Source: an uncultured Chloroflexia bacterium
GTDB taxonomy: Bacteria; Chloroflexota; Anaerolineae; B4-G1; SLSP01
Length of the DNA stretch: 64,000 bases
Reading direction: 5' to 3'
Assembly: GCA_963751345.1 (NCBI GenBank)
Contig: CAVVUS010000047.1
Coordinates: 64,838 to 128,837, forward strand
Positions 10,553 to 19,704 of this stretch are shown in pieces. Below the pieces are notes generated by a model. That model was not told where the DNA came from. It was given only the letters and a program-made list of their open reading frames with translations, and made no database searches. The stretch's first letter is position 1. Each line of letters begins with the position of its first letter. The position numbers were made by a program, and so were the translations under genes.

Positions 10553-11050
10553 TCAGTCGACGCGCGTATATACCTTGGTGTTGCACACAGGGCAGCGCTC
10601 CGGCGGTGTGTCGCCCACGTGAGTATGGCCGCACGTGTTGCACACCCAGTAGGTCAACTCTTTGGGCTCGTCGCCGTTCTCGATCTGCTGCAACGCCTGC
10701 GTGTAGAGTTGCTCGTGCACCTTCTCTACCTCCCAGGCCCACTCAAACGATCGCTCGGCCTTCGCCTGGTCCTCGGTCTGGGCATCTGCGATGAAGTCCG
10801 GATACATCGTCACGACCTCATAGTGCTCTCCTGCAATCGCTGCCTTGAGATTCTCTGCCGTGGCATTGATCTGGCCCATGGTGCGAAAGTGGGTGTGTGC
10901 ATGGATCGTCTCAGCGGCCGCGACGGCGCGGAAGAGACGTGCGATGCCCGGATGCCCCTCACGGTCGGCCTGTTTGGCCCACGCCAGATACTTGCGGTTT
11001 GCCTGAGACTCGCCTGCGAAAGCGGCCTGAAGATCCTCTGTCGTTTTCAC
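10553..11050 (-). CDS. Rubrerythrin family protein
   Basis: AFAGESQANRKY, ExxH diiron motifs, C-terminal CNTC/CPVC rubredoxin site; GAGGAGG RBS. Confidence 0.92.
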   Translation of the reverse strand: MKTTEDLQAAFAGESQANRKYLAWAKQADREGHPGIARLFRAVAAAETIHAHTHFRTMGQINATAENLKAAIAGEHYEVVTMYPDFIADAQTEDQAKAERSFEWAWEVEKVHEQLYTQALQQIENGDEPKELTYWVCNTCGHTHVGDTPPERCPVCNTKVYTRVD

Positions 11051-11142
11051 GCATAACCTCCTCTTCGGTAGAATGAAATGGACACGGTAACACCCCTATC
11101 CTATGCGATACAGCGCATGTGTCAATTCGTTGATGTATTCGC

Positions 11143-11214
11143 TTGACCGTTTGCCATCGTGCGTATAATAGCATGCCGAAGGCCACTGTTTGTTATGCAG
11201 ACAGTGGCTCTTTT
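11143..11214 (+). promoter_or_regulatory. Sigma70-like promoter followed by terminator-like leader hairpin upstream of hppA
   Basis: TTGACC-N15-TATAAT (short spacer); stem GCCACTGTTTG/CAGACAGTGGC (11182-11208) followed by TCTTTT. Confidence 0.5.
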
Positions 11215-11255
11215 GCAGCCTTAATGTCGGCGATTATTCACACAGGAGATAGGAG

Positions 11256-13589
11256 ATGAACATTCTTGGATTGGCCAGGCATGGCCTCGATAACTTCGAG
11301 CAGCTTGCCATTATGGGCGTTGTGGTCGTCGCGGCGATCAGCCTGGTATACGCATGGCTGTTGCGTGGGAGGGTTCTGGACAAAGACAAAGGCACGGCAA
11401 AGATGCAGGAAGTGTGGAATGCTATCCGCATCGGCGCCAATAGCTACCTCAAGCGACAGCTGAACAGCATTCTGCCACTGGTCGGCGTGCTGGCCGTGGT
11501 GCTTTTCCTCAGCGTCTACATTGTGCCTCCTACGGCTGAGGCGACCCAGGAGTTTGGGCAGAACGCACATATTGTCGTCGCGATCGGCCGCGGTGTCGCC
11601 TTCATCATGGGAGCCTCGTTCTCGCTCCTGGTCGGTCAACTCGGGATGAGGATGGCCATCCAGGCGAATGTGAGGGCAGCCTCGGCTGCGCGGCGCAGCT
11701 TCAATGAGGCACTGACGATCGCTTACTATGCAGGCACGATCACGGGGATGCTCACGGATGGTCTGGGCCTGTTCGGCGGCACGATGATCTTCATCATTTT
11801 CGGCAAGGCTGCGCCCGATGTACTGTTGGGCTTCGGCGTCGGCGGCACACTGCTGGCGCTCTTCATGCGCGTCGGTGGCGGTATTTTCACCAAGGCGGCC
11901 GACGTTGGAGCCGACCTGGTGGGCAAGGTTGAGAGGGACATCCCCGAGGATGACCCGCGCAATGCGGCGGTCATCGCCGACCTGGTCGGCGACAACGTGG
12001 GCGACTGCGCCGGGATGGCTGCGGATATCTTCGAGAGCTACGAGGTCACGATTGTCTCGGCTCTGATCCTGGGCCTGGCGTTGATCGCGCTCGACCCGAG
12101 CCACAGCCTGAAGTGGATTGTGTACCCGCTCATCATCCGCGCCATCGGCGTCATCAGCTCGATCTTCGGCACGTTCACCGTGCCGGTTTGGCAGAACTTC
12201 CCCTTGAAGTTCCTCCGCGCGCACGACGCCGAGGAAGCGATGTTCCGCTCGTACGAGGTATCCAGCGTCAACACGATAGTCTTCTCGTTCGTGGTAGCGA
12301 TCCTGTACGCGGGTGATTGGAAGCTGGCGGCCTTGACCACGGTCGGCGTGGGGTTGGCCATCGTGTTCAATCCCCTGACCTCGTATTTCACCTCGACCAA
12401 GCACGAAGCGGTCAAGGAGATCGTCAAGTCCACACGGACCGGCGCCGCTACCACGATTCTAACAGGCCTGGCGGTCGGGATGGAGTCCAGTGTGTGGGCG
12501 GTCGTGGCGATCGTCGTCAGTTTTGTGTTCGCCCTGATGCTGTATGGGGGGTATGCCAGCCTGACCTACGTCCTGTACGCCATATCGATGATCGGCATCG
12601 GCATGTTGAGCCACACCGGGAACAACGTGGCGATGGACTCCTATGGGCCGATTTCCGATAACGCGAATGGCATCGGCGAGATGGCCTGGCACGGCATGGA
12701 AGATGAAGAGACACTCAAGGCGCGCCAGATTCTGGCCGACCTGGATGCGGTGGGTAACACGACCAAGGCTATCACGAAGGGCATCGCCATCGCCTCTGCA
12801 GTGATTGCCGCCGTCAGCCTATTCGCCTCGTTCATCACCGACGTCGAGCTCGTGCAGGTACAGCTCGGTGTCGACCTGGCCGATAGGCTGGAAGCGATCC
12901 GCGTGTCAAACATTCGGGTCTTTATCGGCCTGCTGTTGGGCGGCGCACTGCCCTGGTTGTTCAGCTCGCTCTCGATCCGCGCGGTGAGCCGTGCAGCCAG
13001 CCTGATCGTCGAAGAGGTCCGTCGCCAGTTCCGTATCCCCGGTTTGATGGAGGGGAAAGTGTTGCCTGATTACGCCCGCGCTGTGGGCATCTCGACGGTT
13101 GCGGCACAAAAAGAGCTGATCCCGCTGGCTACGATTGCGGTCGTCGTGCCCATCGTGGTCGGTCTGGTTCTGCAGGTAGAGGCTCTGGGCGGTTTCCTTG
13201 CGGGCATCATCCTCAGTGGTCAGATGCTCGCGGTCTTTATGGCCAACGGTGGCGGCGCGTGGGACAACGCCAAGAAGGTAATCGAGGACGAGCCGCGCGA
13301 CGTGGCCGGTAATACCGGTAAGGGCTCGGAGCGGCACAAGGCGAGTGTCGTGGGTGACACGGTGGGTGATCCGCTCAAGGACACCGCCGGCCCGGCACTG
13401 AACCCGATGATCAAGGTGGTGAACCTGGTCAGCCTGATCGTGGCGCCGATCATCGTCGAGTATGATAAGGGCTCGGGAATAGTACTCTACATCGTGGTCG
13501 CTGTCCTGTTGGCTTCAGTGGTATGGGCCATCGCGCGGAGCAAGCGCGAAGTGGTCATGCCGGGCGAGGAACAAGAGGCGTCGGTCTGA
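11256..13589 (+). CDS. hppA: Membrane-bound pyrophosphatase, K+-independent H+-pumping type
   Basis: DVGADLVGKVE, DNVGDCAG, GDTVGDPLKD; GNTTKA signature (Lys = K+-independent). Confidence 0.95.
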   Translation: MNILGLARHGLDNFEQLAIMGVVVVAAISLVYAWLLRGRVLDKDKGTAKMQEVWNAIRIGANSYLKRQLNSILPLVGVLAVVLFLSVYIVPPTAEATQEFGQNAHIVVAIGRGVAFIMGASFSLLVGQLGMRMAIQANVRAASAARRSFNEALTIAYYAGTITGMLTDGLGLFGGTMIFIIFGKAAPDVLLGFGVGGTLLALFMRVGGGIFTKAADVGADLVGKVERDIPEDDPRNAAVIADLVGDNVGDCAGMAADIFESYEVTIVSALILGLALIALDPSHSLKWIVYPLIIRAIGVISSIFGTFTVPVWQNFPLKFLRAHDAEEAMFRSYEVSSVNTIVFSFVVAILYAGDWKLAALTTVGVGLAIVFNPLTSYFTSTKHEAVKEIVKSTRTGAATTILTGLAVGMESSVWAVVAIVVSFVFALMLYGGYASLTYVLYAISMIGIGMLSHTGNNVAMDSYGPISDNANGIGEMAWHGMEDEETLKARQILADLDAVGNTTKAITKGIAIASAVIAAVSLFASFITDVELVQVQLGVDLADRLEAIRVSNIRVFIGLLLGGALPWLFSSLSIRAVSRAASLIVEEVRRQFRIPGLMEGKVLPDYARAVGISTVAAQKELIPLATIAVVVPIVVGLVLQVEALGGFLAGIILSGQMLAVFMANGGGAWDNAKKVIEDEPRDVAGNTGKGSERHKASVVGDTVGDPLKDTAGPALNPMIKVVNLVSLIVAPIIVEYDKGSGIVLYIVVAVLLASVVWAIARSKREVVMPGEEQEASV

Positions 13590-13617
13590 CGGCCGACATC
13601 CATCAGGTAGGGTGTGT

Positions 13618-13653
13618 AACGCGCAGGTTGGCTTCCCGGCCAACCTGCGCGTT
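13618..13653. terminator. Hairpin between convergent genes (REP-like or terminator)
   Basis: AACGCGCAGGTTGGC-N6-GCCAACCTGCGCGTT 15-bp stem. Confidence 0.6.
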
Positions 13654-13711
13654 TGCTTAGCGGCGTCTCGCCAGTGCGAGTTGCCGGCACCCAGGGCGCT
13701 TGCTGCCTTAC

Positions 13712-14344
13712 TTACCTGCGCACGTTCCGCAGCAGAATGTAGCCGCCCACCAGGATCAAGGCCACCGGCCAGATCAGGTTCGCATAGGGCGTGGCAATCC
13801 CGAGGAAGATCACGCCCATCAGGCCCAGGATAGCCGCGGGGATGAGCGCCCACTCCATATGGCTGTCGGGAGTCCGGAGGAGATAGACCAGGGCGAAGGT
13901 GAGCCCCATGCCCCCGAAGAAGATCCCAACGAAGGCGTCCTCGCCTATCAGTGGCTGCAGACCGAGCGCCACGGCCAGCGCGATCAGAACCCCTCCGGGG
14001 ATGATGCTCCACCACTGCTCTCGCGACGTGATCAGGTAGACGATCCAGAAACTGAGGCCGATGGCGCCCAGGAAAACCCCTGCCCCGAGATCGCCGCCGG
14101 CGACCGGGAAGAGCGTTGAGAGCCCGATGAGGCCCGCAATCCCGAGCAGCGACATCGCCGGGATGACCGCCCACCATCGCTCCCGATCCTCGATGACCAT
14201 GTAGCCGAAGACCAGGCCTGCGGCCGCGAAGAGGAACGCCCAGGCGCCGCCCAGGCTGATGATGGTCAAGCTCTCGAGCAGAAAGAGCAGACCGACAAGA
14301 ATGAGCAGCAGTCCCCACAACACACGTGAGCGTAGTAGTCTCAT
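13712..14344 (-). CDS. Multi-pass membrane protein (LiaF/LiaI-TM-like repeats)
   Basis: WGLLLILVGLLFLL start; repeated W(A/S)xIP TM motifs; AGGAGG RBS. Confidence 0.8.
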   Translation of the reverse strand: MRLLRSRVLWGLLLILVGLLFLLESLTIISLGGAWAFLFAAAGLVFGYMVIEDRERWWAVIPAMSLLGIAGLIGLSTLFPVAGGDLGAGVFLGAIGLSFWIVYLITSREQWWSIIPGGVLIALAVALGLQPLIGEDAFVGIFFGGMGLTFALVYLLRTPDSHMEWALIPAAILGLMGVIFLGIATPYANLIWPVALILVGGYILLRNVRR

Positions 14345-14387
14345 CGTATTACCTCCTGAAATCTAGTAGATGGTTGGCCCCGCCAGG

Positions 14388-15188
14388 CTAGCGAACATCG
14401 ACCGATCCGAGACCCATCTCGAACTGCAGGTCGATCCGATTCTCGGCGGTCTCGTAATCGGGAGATTGATAGACGCCGCCCTCGCGAGGGAAGCGCCGAT
14501 GGTTGACGGTGAAACTAGCGAGCCCCCCGTGGGTGTGGATGCGGGCTGCCACGCCCTCGGGCACCCGGAAAACGACCGAGGCGGCACCACTGGACCCGCT
14601 GACCTCTGTGTGACCTGCGCGTGCCGGGAGTGTGACCTCGGTTGAGCTGGCGCCGGACTCGAGGTGTAGTCGGGTGACCCTGAGGGTCTCCAGGTCCAAG
14701 TGACAGTCGCTTGCGCCGGTCTTCACCACTAACTCGAGGGGCACTTGATCGGTGAGGCGGACCGTCCAGCGTCGCCGGATGGCGGGACTCCACTGCCACG
14801 GCCAATAGATGGCGCTGCGCGACGAGAGGCGAACGCGTGTCGGCCCATCGCCCCGCCGCACGTTCTCTTCCAGGCCGCCCTCGAAGAGGCCGCTGAGGAG
14901 GTTGGCCTCCGGTGCGCCGCCGGTCACGTGCAGCTCGCCCGCGCCGTAGTTGAGTTCGATGTTCGCCTTGGTGGAGCCCTCCAGGTCGACGGCGAACTCC
15001 CGGCTCTCGCCCACATACCTGCCACCCCGACTGCCCAGCAAGAACCCCACACCTATCCCAATCAGGGCCAACGGCCAGAAGATCTGCCACACGCTGATCC
15101 CCAGGAAATCGAGGTATCCGAGGTTCTGCAGCAACAGCAGCACCCCGAAGACCACCACGATGAGTCCCCAAGTCGCACTCCGTCGCAT
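14388..15188 (-). CDS. LiaF-related protein (TM hairpin plus toast-rack beta domain)
   Basis: GVLLLLQNLG...FWPLALIG; repeated GAG/GAS beta repeats; YQSPDYETAENRI; AGGAGG RBS. Confidence 0.8.
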   Translation of the reverse strand: MRRSATWGLIVVVFGVLLLLQNLGYLDFLGISVWQIFWPLALIGIGVGFLLGSRGGRYVGESREFAVDLEGSTKANIELNYGAGELHVTGGAPEANLLSGLFEGGLEENVRRGDGPTRVRLSSRSAIYWPWQWSPAIRRRWTVRLTDQVPLELVVKTGASDCHLDLETLRVTRLHLESGASSTEVTLPARAGHTEVSGSSGAASVVFRVPEGVAARIHTHGGLASFTVNHRRFPREGGVYQSPDYETAENRIDLQFEMGLGSVDVR

Positions 15189-15237
15189 AGTACGCCTCCT
15201 GCTTCCTCGCTGCGATGATGTTTCGGATGGTCCGGAT

Positions 15238-15762
15238 CTAGCGGCGGCGATCGAGGACCGCGCGGATGAACATGAAGACGCCAAGGGCGATCAGCAGCAC
15301 GGGAAGGTAGAATCCGAAGGGGAAGTAGCCGAACATGCTGCCCATCAACGAGCCGAAGATCAGGAAGAGGACAGCGCTGACGAGCACGGTCTGGAGGCCG
15401 TCGACGATCTCCCGTCTGTTCCATTTCACCAGCCCGGCAAGAAAGATGCCGATGCCGACGAACCCAGGGATCAGCGTCCACAGATAGGCCCAGCTCTCCC
15501 ACGTGATCAGCCCCGCATTCTGGAAGTAGAGAATGCCGCCGATGCCCCCTACAATGCACGCCGGGATGAACATCTCAGCGGTGCCGGTGAGGGCGCCTAT
15601 GAGGAGGAGACCGAGCCCTCCCAGCATGATCCAGACCGGCCACGCGAACTCCTGGCCGGCCCACATTCGCAGTGAGGGGACCAATTGGAAGGCCAGAAAA
15701 CCCAACCCGATCAGAATGAGTATGATGCCCGACGTGACGTTCTTGCGTTTGGTGCTCGACAT
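15238..15762 (-). CDS. Membrane protein, LiaI/LiaF-TM-like
   Basis: GIILILIGLGFL...WPV; WAYLWTLIPGFVG. Confidence 0.8.
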   Translation of the reverse strand: MSSTKRKNVTSGIILILIGLGFLAFQLVPSLRMWAGQEFAWPVWIMLGGLGLLLIGALTGTAEMFIPACIVGGIGGILYFQNAGLITWESWAYLWTLIPGFVGIGIFLAGLVKWNRREIVDGLQTVLVSAVLFLIFGSLMGSMFGYFPFGFYLPVLLIALGVFMFIRAVLDRRR

Positions 15763-15844
15763 AGCCTATTCCTTTCCGTGATTGCGGTTGATCGTGGGCC
15801 CCAGGCACACCATAGGGAAGTGGTCTGACGGCTCTCCTACATGT

Positions 15845-15870
15845 TACGGCTGTCGCAAGAATAGGTTGCA
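15845..15870 (-). promoter_or_regulatory. Putative ECF (SigW-like) promoter
   Basis: TGCAAC-N16-CGTA, matching B. subtilis SigW-type TGAAAC-N16-CGTA spacing. Confidence 0.6.
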
Positions 15871-16008
15871 CGCCGGAGATATGTCAAGCGGAAGATTCCG
15901 GGGGAAAGGGGCCTTCACCGTCTCCGCAAGGGGCACAACGGGTTGTAATCCGGACGTGGATGTGCTATAGTCCGCCGCAACGACATTCAATGCCGGAGGC
16001 GCTATCGC

Positions 16009-17087
16009 ATGCGTAGGTTGCTGAGTTTGGTGGTACTCATCGTGTTGCTGCCGGCCCTGCCCCAGGGCCCTGTCAGTGCATCGCCCCGGGCCGCTGCTGC
16101 AGATGTAGTCGACGCGGTGCTCTTCTATCGCCCGGATTGCCCTCACTGCCACTACGTGCTGACGGAGGTTTTCCCCCGCTTCAACAGCAGTACGGCGACA
16201 GGCTGGTGATCCTGGAGATCGACACGACGACACCGCAGGGCGATGCGCTCTGGCAGGCGGCCCTCGCGACCTACGATCTCTCCCGCGGCAATCCCCCGCG
16301 GGTCGGGGTGCCGACGCTGATCGTCGATGGCGAGAACTTGGTTGGATCGCAGGAGATCCCGGAGCAGTTCCCGGCGCTTATTGAGAAGTACCTGGCAGAG
16401 GGCGGTGTAGGGTGGCCCGACCTGCCCGGCATCGATACAGCGATCGCCAACCAGTCGTCCGGCGAGCCTGCGTCGAGCCAGGGTCTGTGGGCGACGGTTG
16501 GGGCACGGTACACTCGCGACCTCGCCGGCAACATCCTCGCCACCATTGTGTTGATCGTACTGCTCGCCACGCTTGTGGCGGTGATCCGCCCGCGGGAATG
16601 GCAGATGGCGTGGGCCAAGCGCGTGGGGTCGATCGGGTTGTTGGTTGTGATCCTCATCGGCACGGGGGCTGCCGCGTATCTGACCTACGTGGAGACCACC
16701 GGGAATACAGCGATCTGCGGGCCTATCGGTGACTGCAATTCGGTCCAGCAGAGCGAGTACGCCTTTCTTTTTGGCTTCCTCCCGGTGGCAGTGCTGGGGC
16801 TGATCGGCTATCTCGGGATCCTTCTGGGCCACATCTATGTGTCGTGGATCCGCGGGCCTATGTCGGACCTCGTTTCGGCGGTCGTCTTCGCGATGGCCCT
16901 GATCGGGCTCGCCTTCTCGATCTACCTAACCTTCCTAGAACCCTTCGTCATCGGCGCAACCTGCGCCTGGTGCCTGACATCCGCTGTCTGCATGATCATC
17001 GTGAACCTGCTAACCGCCGGTCCTGCCTGGCGCGGGCTGCAGCAGCTCGGCCTCATCAAGGCAACTCGTGATCAGTCTGGGGCCTGA
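16009..17087 (+). pseudogene. Thioredoxin-like (CPHC) - VKOR fusion, split by 1-nt deletion (probably sequencing error)
   Basis: Signal peptide + FYRPDCPHC; adding one C to the run at ~16173-16177 gives EVFPPLQQQ; VKOR loop CGPIGDC and CAWC. Confidence 0.85.
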
Positions 17088-17635
17088 GCGGTCACGTTCT
17101 GGGTAACCGCCGTCTCTGTAGCCTGAACGAGTGCATCAAAGGTGGTGGGGCTGGCATCGATGGGCCCCGATGTGTACGGGACGTACCCGGGGAAAGCGAA
17201 GACACGTCGCCATCGTGCGTGCGTTCCGTCCAGGGGGATGAGGTAGGTGGCTGCCTCCAGGAACGGGTGCCGTGTGTGAATTTGCACCGGCTCGGCGAAC
17301 CTGACCTCAAGCATGCGGGCCTTGCTGCGGTAGGTGTCGATGCTTTGCTCCGACAACGCCACCTGCCACTCAAAACCTGCCGGCTGTGAGACGGCCTCCG
17401 CGAAGGCATCCATCACGGGGTCATAGCCCTGGTCGCCGGGATGTAGCGTTACGGTCTCGCCGTCCCAGTAGATGACGATGGCCTCTGCCCGCGCATCAAA
17501 GCGGTGGAGAAACCAGAGCGGGTCCTCATTGGTCAGGGCTGTCACCGCCCAGACAATGATTACCGCAATGACGCTCACGGTCAGGAGCGCAGTGAGAAGC
17601 CTGGGCTGACTTGGTTTCACAACAGCATCTTTCAT
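17072..17635 (-). CDS. Hypothetical protein with N-terminal TM anchor
   Basis: 187-aa ORF, single hydrophobic helix near the N-terminus. Confidence 0.7.
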   Translation of the reverse strand: MKDAVVKPSQPRLLTALLTVSVIAVIIVWAVTALTNEDPLWFLHRFDARAEAIVIYWDGETVTLHPGDQGYDPVMDAFAEAVSQPAGFEWQVALSEQSIDTYRSKARMLEVRFAEPVQIHTRHPFLEAATYLIPLDGTHARWRRVFAFPGYVPYTSGPIDASPTTFDALVQATETAVTQNVTAQAPD

Positions 17636-17732
17636 CCTTCAATAACTCCGTCGGTTCATGTATAGATCCTAATGTTACCTCTCCGTCCGGCGCGGACAAT
17701 AGCCGGGAGTAACGAGCAGCCTGTACCCAGCG

Positions 17733-18167
17733 CTAGACGCATGATTCCGCGAGGCGACAGGCCTGTCGAGGCACCAGCGGATGTACCGTCACCCAATTAG
17801 CCGGACCGACGCTGCAGTCGGCGATGCGATCCAGAATCTCCTCCAGATCATCCGGGGGATAGCCCTTGCTGACGAAGGCGTCCGGACACACCGAGCGCGC
17901 GTCGTCCTCTGCCTCCGGTCGACCGCTCAGGATGACGATGTAGGCCTGGGGCCAACGCTGTCGCAGCGCCGCTGCCGCTGCACGGCCGCCGCCTCGGGGC
18001 AGTGACCAATCCACCAGCGCGACATCGATCTGAGGGAGGGCAGCCAGTCTGTCCAAGTCGGCGACTGATGTTGCTTGCACGATCTCGGCCCCTTCCTGCC
18101 GCTGCCGCACCAACAGCGTGAGGGCCGATCTTACCTTCGGCGCACCATCCGCGATCAGCACTCGCAT
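17733..18167 (-). CDS. Single-domain response regulator receiver
   Basis: MRVLIAD, VALVDW phosphoacceptor, ILSG, FVSKG. Confidence 0.8.
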   Translation of the reverse strand: MRVLIADGAPKVRSALTLLVRQRQEGAEIVQATSVADLDRLAALPQIDVALVDWSLPRGGGRAAAAALRQRWPQAYIVILSGRPEAEDDARSVCPDAFVSKGYPPDDLEEILDRIADCSVGPANWVTVHPLVPRQACRLAESCV

Positions 18168-18344
18168 TCTACACCTCACCCAGCCCGGCCCATCCTCCTT
18201 CTACTTCAAGGATAGCCTTTGGTGATCGTTGTGGCGCCCTGCCAATGGCGGGAAACGAGGTTGGACACGTGGCGAGACCCGGACCTGGTCGGTTGGACAG
18301 GTGCCTGCTGTCGTGTGGCGTGGGGAGGCGGAGCAGCCCGGGGG

Positions 18345-18986
18345 CTAGACGAGGTCGTTCTGGAGCGCGATGGCCACGGCCTCGGTGCGGCTATCGGCGT
18401 TGAGTTTGCTCAACACATTGCTGACGTGGAACTTCACTGTGGACCGGCTGACAAAGAGCCGTTCCGCGATATCCGGATTGCTCAAGCCTTCGGCCATGAG
18501 CTTCAGGACCTCTCGCTCGCGCTCCGTCAGATCCTCGCCCACCGTCGGCCTGTGCATTGCCGCCTGGATCAGGGCCTCTGCTGCCTCGGGCGCCAGGGTA
18601 GGGCGGCCGGCTCGGGCCGACCGGATGGCGTCAGCCAAGTCGCCTGCCGACACGTTCTTGAGCAGATAGCCGATCGCACCTGCCTGGAGCGCGCTCTGGA
18701 CGAGGTTCTGCTCCTTGAAGCTGGTGAGGGCGATGACCTGCGTGTCGGGCCACCGCTCTCGGATTGCTTTCGTCGCGGCCGCCCCGTCCAGTCCGGGCAT
18801 CACGAGGTCCATCAGGATGACGTCGGGGTGGTACTTCTCGCACATACGGATGGCTTCGGCACCGCTGGCGGCGTCGCCGACGGGCACCAAATCGTCGTAG
18901 ACCATCAGGAAGGCGCCGAGACCACTGCGCACGACCGCGTGGTCGTCCACGATCAGCACACGTATGGGTTCTCGATCGGTCGTCAT
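18345..18986 (-). CDS. NarL/LuxR-family response regulator
   Basis: [32 protein letters not shown]...TVKFHVSNV. Confidence 0.95.
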   Translation of the reverse strand: MTTDREPIRVLIVDDHAVVRSGLGAFLMVYDDLVPVGDAASGAEAIRMCEKYHPDVILMDLVMPGLDGAAATKAIRERWPDTQVIALTSFKEQNLVQSALQAGAIGYLLKNVSAGDLADAIRSARAGRPTLAPEAAEALIQAAMHRPTVGEDLTEREREVLKLMAEGLSNPDIAERLFVSRSTVKFHVSNVLSKLNADSRTEAVAIALQNDLV

Positions 18987-19107
18987 TCGTCCACTCCTCG
19001 CGCACTTCTGCCGAATCGAGCTTCATTGTACCACAGAAGGTGCGCCGAGCTCAGCATCCGAACCTTGCTGGGCTTCCGAAACCTTCGCGGGATTTCCCGA
19101 GCGCGAG

Positions 19108-19668
19108 CTACCGGCGCGAGAAGCCGTGACGTCCCAGCCGTCTGCCCAGCGCCCAATACGACGAGTGGAGATAGCAGAGCGGATCCAGGGTCTCCACAAT
19201 CACCTGCCCCTCCCCATCCAGCGCGTCCTCAGCGACGTGCACGGCCAGGGCTTCACCGAGGAAGAGATCGTGGTCACCGATTTCCTGGATGCCGATCACG
19301 CGACATTCGATGTTTACAGGACATTCCGCGATCAGGGGGGGGCGTACGTGGTCGGCGGGCACGGGCGTCAGGGGAAGCACGTCAAACTTGTCGACGTTGC
19401 GCCCCGACATGGTGCCGCAGAGATCGACGGCCCGGACCATCGCAGCGGTCGGCAGGTTCACCACATATTCGCGTGTCGCGCTGATGAGCTCGTGGGAGTA
19501 GCGTTCCTTGCGGATAGCGATCCCCAGGATCACGGGCGTCGCGATGCTGACGTTGAAGATCTCGCCCAGGGTGAGGACGTTCGGTTTCCCGTCGACGCTG
19601 ATCGAGGTGACCAGTCCGGCAGGCGAGGGGTAGACGGGACGGAACGGTTGGATCGTGCGCTTTTTCAT
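19108..19668 (-). CDS. Flavin reductase family protein
   Basis: YPSPAGLVT, RKERYSHELI, GTMSGRNVDK, GDHDLFLGE. Confidence 0.9.
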   Translation of the reverse strand: MKKRTIQPFRPVYPSPAGLVTSISVDGKPNVLTLGEIFNVSIATPVILGIAIRKERYSHELISATREYVVNLPTAAMVRAVDLCGTMSGRNVDKFDVLPLTPVPADHVRPPLIAECPVNIECRVIGIQEIGDHDLFLGEALAVHVAEDALDGEGQVIVETLDPLCYLHSSYWALGRRLGRHGFSRR

Positions 19669-19704
19669 AGATTCCTTTCTGTTATGTGTTAGGGCTCGTA
19701 GTGC

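Noticed and set aside
16165-16180. Programmed frameshift or phase variation at TTTTCCCCC
   Set aside because: Short run; many similar indels in the window make sequencing error more likely
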